From positions 3,165,136 through 3,229,135 of the forward strand of contig BCIN01000001.1 in NCBI GenBank assembly GCA_039545335.1: a stretch of 64,000 nt of DNA, in the 5' to 3' direction. The notes below the pieces were generated by a model. That model worked only from the letters and a program-made list of their open reading frames with translations, had not been told where the DNA came from and did not search any database. The stretch is from Kondoa subrosea. Lineage: Eukaryota. Shown here in pieces: positions 18,197 to 31,289 of the stretch; the stretch's first letter is position 1, and every line of letters starts with the position of its first letter. The translations under genes were made by a program, and so were the position numbers.

Positions 18197-19890
18197 ATGC
18201 CTGCTTTATACCACCCGCTCGCCAGAACTGAGCAGCTCCGGCGGAACTCGAGTGAAGCGACTTTGACTGCTCTGGACGACCTAGAACTGGACGATAGCTA
18301 TCCTGCAAAATATTCTTTGAGGCTCGGTGGTCGTAAAAAGCGCTTGCCTACCAAGGTGAGCACCCTTTGCAACATGGTCAACCAATTTGCTGATGTAACG
18401 CTGCTCAGTTTATCGCTCCTTTGGCCTTTATTCTCGCTCTAGTCTTGGTTTTCTTCTGGCTTGTTGCGAAAGTACACTCTTTGCAAGCAGCTCTCGTCAG
18501 TTTTGACTATCACTGCAAGGGTTATTAATAGGCTGAGACTGCGGAATAGGCCAAGCAATCCATATCTTATGCTTCAATACGGCAAGGAGATACATCGCTG
18601 ATTGGAACCGATATTGTTCTAACAATCAAGACCGGGGCTTCAGTACTGAACAAACGTCTTCCAGCTCATCTCGATAACGAGCTCTCACTTCTGAATCCAG
18701 ATGCACCACCTCATATCCTCATCTATTCTGATCATGCCGATACTTTTCGAAACATGACCGTCATCGACGCTTTAGCAAACGTATCGGATGTCATTCGCGG
18801 TCAATCTGATTTCCAACCTTATTTCGCTCAACAAAGACAAATAGCAGCAGGTGTATCAGTAGATCACCTGCCTGGATCTTGGTCATTAGATAAGTAAGTG
18901 TTCCTTAGTTTTCAACTTCATGAGCTATTCTAAATTTGGATCGAAAGATACAAATTTTTACCTATTCTTCGACATGCCTACTCTATTTATCCTCAAGCGA
19001 AATGGTTCATCAACATTGAAGCAGATACCTACCTTTTCTACCCAGCTTTATTGAGACTTCTCGAAAGTTACCCCTCGAGCGCTCAACTCTTCCTCGGTTC
19101 GGCTGTAGAAATCGTGGATATCAATTCTTGGTTCGCTCATGGTGGTTCCGGCTATGTGTTGAGTGAAGGGTTGATGAAAGATACTTATGGGTTTGATGCG
19201 AATTTCCAACGGAGGATGGATTATTTCAGCGAGAGAGCTTGCTGCGGGGATGAACTTCTTGCTAGAGCTTTATATCGGGATAGGCATATCAGGATCAAAG
19301 CACCTGACGAAGGTGAGCTCGATCAAAAAGTCTCATCAGCTCAGAGTGCTGATCAGTACTTTCCGCCTCTTACAGCTTCCAGTTTAGCTTTCACTGGCGA
19401 AACTCCGTATTCCCAACGATTCACAAGCAAAAATTGGTGCTCTCCTATTTTGACTTTCCATCATGTGTCTTCCGAGGAAATCGCTCAGCTATGGGAATTC
19501 GAGCAAACAATTTGGAAGAAACTGTTGCCAGACGATACGATCCGGTTTGTGGACGTCTACGAGCAATTTCAACATGAATTCATACGAAACGCGTCATCGA
19601 TAACGGAAGAAGTGGTCAAAGTAGGTTGGGAGAATAGATGTGAAGATGTACAGATCGAACGCCCTCAGGATGGAAGAGCTTTCAATGCGGAATATTGTAG
19701 TGACGCGTGTGATCACCGAGCAGACTGTTGGGCTTGGCAATGGAAAGAAGGCGAATGTGTATTGGGGACTGAAGTGATCAGGTTTGGTCAAACAAAATCA
19801 AGTGTCCATACTTCTGGAATTCGGTTGGATCGGATAAGGAAGTTTAGGCAGAGTCAGAGGTGTGAAGAAAGGACTTTTCGAAGCCTGTAA
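18197..19890 (+). CDS. Glycosyltransferase family 31 (Fringe/C1GALT1-like), type II membrane protein with Cys-rich PAN-like C-terminus
   Basis: N-terminal TM; IKTGA...RLP.HL, WSLDKYKFLP, KWFINIEADTY, FAHGGSGYVLS, CGD..LA, TFHH; C-terminal CSDAC....CWAW.W....C. Confidence 0.88.
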
Positions 19891-19928
19891 ATAGTTTAGA
19901 GATTTGTGCATTGGGCAAATGTACATTG

Positions 19929-22094
19929 TTATCCCGTTATGCTCTCTTTTACACTATCTTTCAAATTCGACAAAGACTTCTTCAGACTCGTTCCGCCTTC
20001 TTCTTCTCCACCTATACTTTCAGTAGCAGAAGGTCTCTTTTCGATTTCGCCTAATCCTCCTATCGACTCTTTCCTGTTCAATTCTGTGTCGTCTTCTTCC
20101 TCATCTTCAAGCAGTTTGTCTTTCTCGTGCTGTATTTGACCAGCGTGACTCTCCTTTTCAGTTTCGGCGTGTCCAAGCGGTACTCGGGCATGTCGATCCA
20201 GATTTGCTGTGGGCTTCCTCTTGGGTCCTGTCCGACGCAGTCTTCTACGGGCGACCATTACCTATCGAGCAAGAATTTAGCCAGCACATCGTACAGTCAA
20301 CTTGCGCGATAAACCTACAGGTACTGAAGACTTTTGAACTAGATAATGTGAAACAGAACCAAGCAGCATTCTGTCAGGCATTCATATGAGCTACAAGCGC
20401 GTCACCTCGTAAGTATTGACTTACCCTTTGATCTTGCCTGTTCCTCGACTACCAACGATGACCATGGTAGGTTCGACGAAATCGATCATATCCACAATCA
20501 TATGTCTTGCGTTTTTAGCATGTATTCTGAAAGTCATAACATGAGATCTTATCTGGAAGCAAGAAAAGTGTGTAAACGACTCACGCTTGACATGTGATGT
20601 TGAGGTTCAGCCTGGTTCTCACGAGCAAAGCAGCAGCTTGTTTGACCAGCACTTCAACTCGCTCTAATCGATCTTGCTGATTCTTTGTAGATGCTTTTCG
20701 AGTAGCACCGTTTGGGTACATATCTGCTGTATCGACTGTGCGATCTCATTAGCAGGGACAGAGACTAGGAGGAGGAGAGACGTACGCTTTGTATCTGTTT
20801 CCATTACTGTCACGAAGATTGCGCTATCTCCATCTCGGAGTACAGTACCGATAGCTACCATTCGTGCTTAGCACCTATAGTATAGCAACTCGAGTGAAGA
20901 CTTACCCCATTCTACAGCATATCTCGCTTCGTCTGACAAATCACTAGCAACCAAGAAACTCCTGATGCGTCGGGATTTCGCTCCAGCTGCAGCACTGTAC
21001 ACCCATCTTATCGAATCAGTCCAATACTGATGCGAATAAGATCTAAACGTACGGATCACCATGCTCTAAAACAATAGTACATCGATTCGTTTCCCAGCTC
21101 GGGAGCGATTGCTGCAACTGCAAAACATCTCTAGCTCTAGACTTCTTCGTTGTAGGACTCGTAGGTGTTTCAGGTAGTGGTGGAGATGTACCTTCTGCTC
21201 GAACTAGATTGGGATGCTCATCTTCTTCTTGTGGTAGCATTAAGCCTGCATTGTAAATTTCAGTTTCGTAGATTCTGTTTGCTGAAAAGACTGTTTGGTC
21301 GCCCGTGTTGGCCTGATTCAAACTGATGAGAGAACATTCGGGACACAAAGGATATAAAGTACTTCTGTATTCCGATAGAGTTGCAATTCTTTGGCCATAT
21401 CTATCTCATCTCCTTCGCTTTTTGCCTTTTTCAGTTGATCCGGATGTGAAGTAGATGCCAGGCCATCTGGAGCAGATGTGTCTGATTTGGCTGAAGTCGA
21501 AGGAATAGCATCCCAGCCATCGTCTTGATCTTCTGCTGCTTGGGTTTGAGCAACAGCAGCAGGATTCACTGGTGCCCATTCATCATCATCATCTTCTTCT
21601 GGTTGAGCTGCCGCTGAAGGTTTTGATGATGTCTGAGCTCTCGCTTTCGCGTTGACAGGTGCCCAATCATCATCATCTGAAGAGCTTTGATCCAACTGTC
21701 CACCTTGACCCTCTTCCTCATCTTCCTCTTCATCATCGTCCGTAAAAGCATTATCAGGTACAATCACAGCTCCCTTCTTGAGGTTGCCAGAAGTAGATTC
21801 TCTGTCCGTTTCCGCTTCACTCTCGCTGTAATCCGTTACTGGAACCCCACGTTCAGCAGAAGGTGATCTAGTTCTCCCATCTTCACCCGAAGCACGTCTC
21901 TTACGTTCAGAACGAGAAGGTGGTGAAATGGATTTGGAAGACTTGTTGTAACCTTTGCCTAAGAGGAAAGAAGTGATAGAGCGTCGTTTGTCTACTCGAC
22001 CTCGTTTGTTGGACTCAGTGTCGCTGTCTGAGTCAGACACAGCAGATTCGCTTGATGCTTTGTGACCGAAATTGCCAATCTTGAGAAAGGACAT
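19929..22094 (-). CDS. Universal stress protein (Usp) domain protein with long disordered N-terminus
   Basis: FLVASDLSDEARYAVEWAIGTVLRDGD; DMIDFVEPTMVIVGSRG.GKIKGMLLGSVSHYLVQKSSVPVMVA. Confidence 0.88.
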
Positions 22095-22404
22095 TCAAAG
22101 CGAGAGCTCGAGCTAGGCTAGGTAGGTATCTGAGATTTGCTGAGGTATAGAGGACTGCTCTTAAGTCTGCCTTCTTATGGGTATTAACACGTGGTATGGC
22201 TCCAAGCGGGATTATGATGCATGAAGCTGGAAGGTCGAAGTTCAAATTTCTGAGTAGAGGCATCGCAAGTCAGTCTGACCGAAGAAGAGCTGGATCGCTC
22301 TGTCTTGTTCGTCGAGCATCCACAGAAAAAGTCATTCACAGGTATTATTTCAGTACTGGTACAAACATCACAGACACGCTTCTCAACCTTTACCATCTTC
22401 TTTC

Positions 22405-24677
22405 CTAATGCTTTGCAGTAGAGGTAAATCTGTTTCATATTGTAATTAGTCAGAGCTCCAAAGATCTTAAGGAAGACTGACTGCTGTAAAAGTCAAAAGC
22501 AAAGTCATCAGCAAACAGAATGACACAATAAAGATATTCACGAACAGCCTCTGTTACTCCTGCGCCCATAGCTGCTGTCGCACTAATTCCTCCAGTAACT
22601 GTCATCATCATACGGTCGACGAAGCTTTCGAAAGACATCAGCCGAAACCCGAGAGGCCCAGGAAAAGTCTCACCCTGCACCCGACCAGGCTTGATGAGTC
22701 AAGACATCGCAGCCAATCTCTCTTTCCTTGTTTTGGATGAGGTTGACATAGGCTTTCATACCATCTGTAGCGAAAGCTCTTGCGAAGAGATCGGAAATGT
22801 AAGCGTTTGAATGAAGACCAGCAAGCTGCATAGTGTAAGCAAGGTTCACATGGTAAGGAGTGTAGCACGTACAGTGATGAATTGCCAGCAGCTGTACAGA
22901 GATAGTCAGCCTTCCATTTCTGAGAGATCAGATCGGAGGACTTACAAACCAAGCTTGCCCAATTCCCAAATGTAGTCTTTCATAGCCTTCTCGTCAAGAC
23001 CAGCAGCAGACCAATTGAAGCTGGATATAAAGCTCAGTGTTGCGTTAAACGCACGCAGTGGAAGTACACGTACGAGGGAGACAAGTTGTAAGACAACCAT
23101 TTCTCAGGGTAAACGGCGTGAACACCATGAGCAAATTCTTTAGCTTGAGCAAGACTATGGTACAATATTAGCTTGATCTTAATAGAGCACAACACGAGCT
23201 CACATTGGCGATTTAGTTTCCATCCAGATGGCATCACAGAAAGGAGCGAAAGCAATAGCACGGTTGACAGCGCATTGAGTTCCACCTTGGTAGCGGTAGT
23301 AACCTTCTCTAACTCTTGGTTTATCCCAATCCCAGTAAACTTCAACGCCAAACTCTTTCTTAGCAATTTCTCTTGCTTTCTTGTTGCTAACATGAGCAGC
23401 TTTCTCCAGGAAAGCTTTAGGGTTTCCACCTTTCTTTTGAATGGCTTGAGCTACTGCATCGTTGTAAAGAACCAAACCAGCATCTTTAGTCCATTTGTCT
23501 TCAATAGCTTGTAGTGTAGCACCAGATTTTCCTTCCCTTTCAGCACGAGTCATTACAGTGACCAAGTCTTCTAGGCTTTCGTTGACAGTACCGAGAACGA
23601 AAGGATGATCGCGTTCATCGACATTGGTAGTGATCAGTGTAGCAGCTTCTGAATCGGTTCGGCAGACAATAATGTTTTCGACGCCCATGACATCGTATTG
23701 GAGACGAATGGCGACAAGACGGTTGATGTGTTCCGAAATTGGTACCAGCACTTTACCAGCTGTGGGCAATCGGACTCTGTTCAGCTTCCATAGCAAGCGC
23801 AACAGATCCAAATACGCACCCATGTGTCCACACTTCTTAGCAGTGGGTGACTGATCTTCAATATGAATACCAGCAGCTCCAGCTTCGACAAACATCTTGG
23901 TCAGCTTCATCACAGCGGTAAGACCACCATGCCTATACAAGAAAAGTTAGCAGGATCATGTGTAGAGTCTACAAAATGACTAACCCAGTATCAGCGTCGG
24001 CAACAATAGGGCGAAGATAGTCAATTGGAGCGGATTGCTTGCGTTCAGCTACAGACATTTGTCGACGAGCTTCAAATTGTTTTCGATCATGGAAGAGCTG
24101 AGCAGTGAAGAGTTGATGAACCTTCCTAGGCACTGAAGTTGTGCAGTGACATCAGTGAAATGTCTAGAGCGACGGGAACGAAGTACTTACCAGTGTCCAT
24201 AGGGTAGTCAGCAAGATCAGGACCTGGCTCATTGCTAGATGAAGCTATTTGACGAAAACGGATGAATAGGTCGAACAAGCAACAGGCTGTTCGAATCAAC
24301 TTACCCGTCGAACTTGATTGCCAGCCTGAGACATAGACAGTCTCCAAGTATTTCGCCATCTGAGTGAGTTGAACGACATCCAGAGCGCCATAAGTGTGAG
24401 AAGGTGTCTTGTTTTGGAAGTGATTATGTAAGAGAGCGAACAATTTCTGGCCTTGAGTGTTTGAAGGATAAGTTTGCCTGAAGGTTCCTCGCTTGCTGAC
24501 TACATCTTCAGCAGAGTAAGGCCGGACGAGTCCCTTGAAGCGTGGACTCTGCAAGCAGTAAGTCAGCGGATTGTGCAAACAGGAGCTCCGGATTTGTAGC
24601 ACCTTGAACCATGATTCGACATTCTTTACATCAGTGTAGAATTGAGCATCCTCTTGTCTTTCTTGCGGTGTAGCCAT
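22405..24677 (-). CDS. ICL1: Isocitrate lyase
   Basis: Catalytic [43 protein letters not shown] (ICL type); ends [16 protein letters not shown] when a 2-nt microexon is included. Confidence 0.97.
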
Positions 24678-25098
24678 TTTCACTGTATCCAAAGAAGTGA
24701 TGGAGTAACTTCCAACTTCAAGTCAGCTTCTGCCAATTACAAGAAGGCCAGCTCAAGGAATCTTACTGCGGGTGTACTCTGGTAGTCAGAAAAGAAGGAG
24801 AAGGTCGAGACTTTGTGACCGCCTAGATGGTTGGAGTCACAAATTTGAGGATTATCCAGATCAAGGTTAGGGTGATTTCGGGCATGTGAAATTATAAATC
24901 AATAAGTAAAATGCTAATAGTGGACAGACGTGTATGATGCTGTATGATGGATGGAATACATGAGAAATTGTCCTGCAACAAATCAGAGCAACATGCAGCG
25001 CGGTTTGCTCCGTTAATGAAAGATTGACCCCTTTGAAGCTGAAACATATGCTTTGAGCAGACCAATGCAGGGGGGCTGCTAGAGCTGATGTGAGGTAT

Positions 25099-28000
25099 TC
25101 AGTCGTAAACAGCCATCGGCTAAAAACAAAGTCTTAGTCAACGAGCAGAACCTTCTACAAGAATCATAGCTTGCCTGAATCCTATCTCTGCTGAAAAGAT
25201 TGTTTCCAGACATCGCTTCAGACTCCAGGAACTTGATAGGATACATGACCAAATTCCCTCGCAGCTCCGAGAGCAGATTCTCCATGAGTTCGATTTCGTG
25301 CCTTGTGAATCCTTCATCAGTGATCTTGATCTTGCTTTTCCGGTCTGCTGGAAGCGTTGCTTCTTCGCTAGCCGAAAGAGGTCGATGTACACCAGAAGAA
25401 GGTTCAGCTTCATGACCAGGATTCGTGCCAGATCGTTCCATGCCAACCGAATCTTTGAAAGGTTTCGTATGCCGCTTTTCCCAAAGATCCCACTGCAAAT
25501 CCAAATCAGATCATCTCGTACTCGTACCCCTATAGTCGACTGACCTCCTTGAACTGTGTCCACGTCAAGCACTTATCGTCGGGCGTACATCGGAAGACTT
25601 TTCGGAAGATCTCGGTATTTCGTGCTGCCACTTTCATCCACACATCTTTGTAGAAGCGTTCATCTAACGGATCGACAAGACCAAAAGGATCAATGTCCGG
25701 GATAGGAAATGGAAGAGTGTATGGATGACTTTTGCTTTGACGAGATGCAGCAGACATCGGCGGCGCATCACTGCCACTTCTGGACATTCTAGTGGAGGCA
25801 GAAAGCGTACGTTGATGTCTCGAATTCTCGTCGGACGGAGAAGATATGCCTAGTGAAGTAGTTGAAGCGTGAGATTGAGCAAAGGAGAGATTGACGTTGC
25901 GCGCCCGGGCTGTGGCTTTCGATTTCGCTTGAGCTGGACTATGCGCGTATTGCGGTTCCTGAGCCTGCACAGACGGCATATTTGAGACATTCGTTTCGCC
26001 GACTTTCTTGCGTAATTCGTCTTGTGTTAACGCTTCGCGATCGGGATCAGCTTCTGGCGAAGGCTCGATACCAGTCATTCCATTAGGCGCAGTATTACTG
26101 TCAGATGCCTCCCTTGTGACCTTGTCTTCCAAACTTTCACCGGCATGAGGTATTTGATCAGGTTCTTCGTGCCGAGTAGATTTAGTCTTGTTATCATGGG
26201 TGCGGGCGAGTTTGGGAAGCAAGCCGCGTCCAGTTTGCGCTGCTGCTGTGCCCATCATTGCTTCTCCTGCAGTACCAAAGGTCCCACGAGCCAAATCTCT
26301 TGCAACTCCAGCATTGGCGGCATATCGATCGGACGGGTCAATACCGCTAGTAATGTTACTATCACCTTGATCTTGCTCAGATTCCGGATCCCACATGACA
26401 CTATCTTGATCTTCTGATTGACTTTGGCTGCTTTTAGTTTGACGAAGAATAGTATCGGCTTTTTCTTCCAGCATGGCATCGACATCGACACCTGAGGTTG
26501 TAATCAATGATTAAGCCTTGACAAGAAAAATCCGCTTCTTACCGATATGTTCACGCATCAAACGTATGCGCATTGTGTGGGCAAATCGTCCGACCTATCG
26601 CTCGATTAATCTCGAAACTGATCAGTGCGGAATGAAAAAAACCTTGAAGGGCACTCCAGCCATGACAGAATCAATCATGTCGGTATCGCGGATCACGCAA
26701 GCAAGTTCCGAATCTCGATCACCGCGCAAAGATCGTTCGCTGTTGCGCAATCAGTGGCATCTTACTATAATGTGACCGACTTACTTGATGTTTGCACTTC
26801 CAATAATCACCAAGCGATCATCGACAATCATGATCTTAAGGGAAAGCATTAGCTCAAGTTGATTTGCGCACGGAAGATCGCGTACCTTATCGTGAATGTA
26901 GATCTGTTCGTGTATGAGCAACGAATACCAGCAGACCTCTTAGGAGACTATGCTTACATCCTGACTGACAAGATTGCCGGACTGCATTTTGCCCCATGCT
27001 CTCAAGCTGAAGAAATTGATGTATTCTGCTGGATCGATGCCTGCTCGTCGGAGTCGGGCAAAGACTGAGTGCTCTCCGCGGTACATGCTCCTCGCTTGAG
27101 CTTCCATGATCATACGAACTGCTCCGGCGTCAGGCGAATCCATAGGCATAGGATAACCAGGAGTGAGAGGAATAATGATTACTGCCCTGTAATGACTTTC
27201 AGCTGCACGCTTCTTTTTCTGGTGTTCCAGGCCTTACATCCAAGGTGTTCCTTCTTGGTATGCTTTCAGAATACGGTTAACTAGAGCATCGCCGATCTGA
27301 TTCTCGATCTGGACGTTTTCGGCAATCTAAGAGCATTCTCAGGCAAACAAGAGGCTTTTCTTAATTGCGACCTACTGTACTGGTGGAAAAATATTGATTC
27401 TGGACGAGATAATATTAGTGGACGTGTTATCCAGCCTTGAATCGCTGACCTCGATGTACACAAAAGCTTCGGACAGCTCAATTGCTTTGATGTAAGCATT
27501 TTGAACTGGAACAGATCAGCGCGGATCTTGCTTTGCCTTGAAAACCGACTTACTAGAATGCTCGATCAATTTCGGGGTTCCCATCGACCAAGGTCCAGCT
27601 GATCGACAGATTTGTGCTTCACATGTACCTACTATGCGCAACTTTTCTATATCTGCAGGAGTGAAGTCGGCGGGAGGTATCAAGAACGGCATAATGCGAG
27701 AGTGGTTCTTGATGCGAAGAAGGTAATTCCACCTGTTCCTCTTCAGTAAAGCGCCTTTGCCCAGCGAAGGAGACAAACCTCTGAATGAAATGCCGACACA
27801 GGTCACGAGCGGGCTGGCCGACTATTTGTAGACCAACATCGTGCCTAAAAATCACATTAAGTTGTCTGAAATCCCAAAAGATTTTTATCGCATAAACTTA
27901 CCAAGGCTGGCGAGGAACTTTTGTACGATCATACATGTCTTCGTTCGGTCGGTCGAGATTGTGGAAATCGCTTGCTCTTTGATTGCTGTAATCTTTCCCT

Positions 28001-30828
28001 GGCCAAATTTGGTATTCGCTCTCGTCCGCAGCATCTTTCAGTCCTCCTTCGTCAAAAACCTTTTCAATATCATCCGAGTCCTTTGACACGTCATCGACCA
28101 AACTATGATCAGGCGTGTCCCATCGACCGAAACCTACTGCAAATCAGCTTTGAATAGTTCATACCCGTGCATATGGGCTCACAAAGATCAAAGCCTCCCA
28201 TGAAAGCGATGGTCTCATCTACGACACACATCTTCTCATGCTGCTCGAGCCGGTCAACGATGTTCTGCCAGATCTTGATGCGACTTACATGAGACCACAA
28301 CAAGCTTCGTGCTTCGTTGTCCGGTGACCGCTGAACTGAAATATTCGGATGTAAGTTTGATAGAGTATGCTTCGCATATTGAGAATCAACGGGTCTATCT
28401 CAGTGTTGAGTATAAGCCGAGTGAAATAGATGATAAAACGTACGTAAAACTCTGAGCGACTTCTTTGTACAGAATGATGAATATCTTAACGCCCTCTTCA
28501 GCTTTACGTTTGAGCAGTCGATCAAGTCGCCATTTTCCGTTCGAGACAGGTGGTCGTCTCAGGTACTGCAGGACATATCAGCATATATACGGAAAGGTAG
28601 CTGATTGAAGTTACCAATTCTGGCGAGAGCCACCAATCATGCTATTAGAGTCGTTAGCGAGAAATAGGATCCAGAAAATGCACGCACGATATAAATCACG
28701 CGCTTAGCCATTGCGACTGCCCTACTCAGGTTCCAAAAGTAGTCTCGCTAATTTAAAGTGTCAGTAGAGATCAACACATGCGCCATATCAGCTCACTCCG
28801 TCAACAAGCCATTGACAAGCTACATTGAGTCGAATTGGCGCAAAAGAGTCGAAACGATTCTTTCCAGCCCAGATGGATTTGGAAGCCATACGTTCGATAC
28901 TCGCAATGAATTGATCCATTTGCCTGACAGTTTTGGCAACCAGTTTCATCTTGCGCTGAGAATTTCGAACATAGAAAGTATGATTACTGCTATGAGCCAG
29001 TTCATCCGCTTCCTTCTCTTTCTCATTGGCTTGTTGCTGATTATTAGTAGCTTCATCTTTTTGTTCAACGAAGCGAAAAGGTTGACCAGATTCAAAAGCT
29101 TCAGCTTCGAGCTCATCTTCCTGTCTTTCCCTTTCTCCATCTCGATCAAAAGTTTCCTTCATCTTGTTCAGACCTTGTCTATACAATCTTTTCGGCCTCT
29201 CAATAGCGAATTGTGAATCAATCATGAAAACATCAAACACTTCAACTTGACTTGGCTCGGTTACTGAAACAATGTAAGAATCCCTGACGAGAAACCATTT
29301 GGGTTCATGTCGAGCTTTCATAGTGAAAGGATGAAAACCAGGTAATTTCTTGCGTGATGCATCGCGAGACATGATTCGTAAATAACCTTGCTTGCCATTC
29401 CTTCCTCCTTGCGTTGCTAATTCCAAAGCAAGGGATGAGATTTCGAGAAATCGACATAATCTATTCGCTTCCGGTCGGAACATGAGACAGCGGATAAGCT
29501 TGAGTAAATAGTTTTCCAAGGATTCTCGTTGAAGTCGAGCGAATTCAGCTTTGGCTACATCTTTACCTCCTCTTTCTCTTCGTAAGACATTGAAGTATGG
29601 TAGAGAAGTCTTAGGGAAAGAAGGCAAAGTGACAGTATTGTTCTGGACAATTGAGGCGAAGCGATAATGAGCGTGTAAATTGACGAAATCGCGCATTTCT
29701 CGGTAGATGACCCATTTCATCAGTCCATCTCCATATTGCAGCTCGATTCGAAAGAGGGCGTGAGTGTTGTGAAGTGGATAAACTGAATCGGTAATCCGCA
29801 ATTTGAGGTAATTCATAAGAATCTAATCATGTATTGAGAATTGTATTGACTACAAGGGAAGGTTGACTGACTGGTATCCTTCTTTCCCCGTGCTCATCTC
29901 GATCCGTTAATCCCATCTTGAGCATCATGACAGGTAACAAGCCCGTAGTAAGTTCCGAAACGAGTTCATGGCCGCTCAAAGCTTTTGATATCTCTTCTAC
30001 ACCTTTCTCGTTGCTTTTCAACCTGTTTTTCAGTACATTCCATCCCTTAGCATGTTGATTCGAATGACTATCGGAGTGTTGAAGCTGATTTGTCATTTCC
30101 CCACTTCTTGATCTACCAAGGAAAGAACGACCGCTGACTGACTGAGTCGGTGAAAGAGGGACGCGAGGAGTGTGAGAAGGAGTAGCAGAAGGATCATCAT
30201 CCTCATCTTCAACTAAAGTCCCCATAGGTCTTTCAACAGCAGCTGGCAGATCATTGTGATGCTGTGCCGGAACTCGACCTGACAAGCGTTGGAAGAAGAA
30301 ATTGGCTGAAGTAGTGCGAGAATTGAGGGACGGTCGATCTTCCGAGGGAGTTGGAGAAATTGGCGTAGCACTCGTATCAGGCAAGGCTTGGGTTGCATGT
30401 TGAGGAGTTCCAGATGGAGTGCTTACTCTGGCCGTTTGACCTGATTGTGCAATATTCTCTTTCCCACGCCGACTATCTCGATGCGTGAATGGTCCACGAA
30501 ATGGTCGAGAATTCGAAGATCCATCTGCTCCAGCAATCGGATTTGTGGTCTCCTCCTCTTCTTCTATGGATCCAGAAGTGAACGCTGAACCTGCCGAGTG
30601 CTGCTTCTTCTTTGGCTTGTCCGCGTTAAGATTCGAACGAAAGTATGAGCCCGAAGAATTTGTCCGAGAGGGAGCTTGACGAGCCAATGTTTGATCATCA
30701 TGATGAAGTTCTAGACCGTCTGGAGAATTACTAGAGGCTGCTACGTCGTCGAAGCGAAACGCATTCGGCTCAGACTTGGCTGCTCTATTATGTTTATCTT
30801 GCAGAACTCGCTTGACTACATTCTCCAT
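25099..30828 (-). CDS. SPO14: Phospholipase D1 (PX-PH-HKD, Spo14 type)
   Basis: PX/PH region; [38 protein letters not shown]1 [11 protein letters not shown]2 [27 protein letters not shown]; about 17 introns. Confidence 0.95.
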
Positions 30829-31289
30829 CAAAGAGGAGCTCGCCCTAGAGTAGGCTGGCTGTGTATCACGCTGCAGATATCAAAGATTACGGGTATCTTG
30901 CACCTTTGTTGTGTGGTTTCGGAAGAAGACTATTATGGAACTCTGGTTCACTCTTGGCAACCGCTCAAGATGCATCAAGCAATGCACGGTACAGTAGTAT
31001 GCATTCTATGTATATTGCGTTGTATGCGACCAGAGGACCAGCGAGCCTTACAATTCCCGCCCTATGGTTGGTCTTCTTTGCTGCCTCCCTCTTCGTTTGT
31101 AAAGGAGCTATTTATCTGGGCTAGCATGTCTCTCCATTGCGCTCTTACTCCTCTCGATCGCGCGAGTAGACTGGTGGTTGTCAACTCGGACAACGTGTTG
31201 AATGAATAGAATGGCAAAGAACCCATGCTGGAGAAGCGTTGAGGCGTTTCTTCTCTTCTTGCCTCCCCAGCTGGTGCACCTGAATTAGT

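Noticed and set aside
22390..22407. Cryptic peroxisomal signal on ICL by stop readthrough
   Set aside because: The protein ends AKH; readthrough would add ERRW, not a PTS1, and the stop is not in a TGA-CTA context
25001..25012. CGG-N6-CCG upstream of ICL1 as a carbon-source regulatory site
   Set aside because: Single short match that does not fit the CSRE consensus well; chance occurrence is likely
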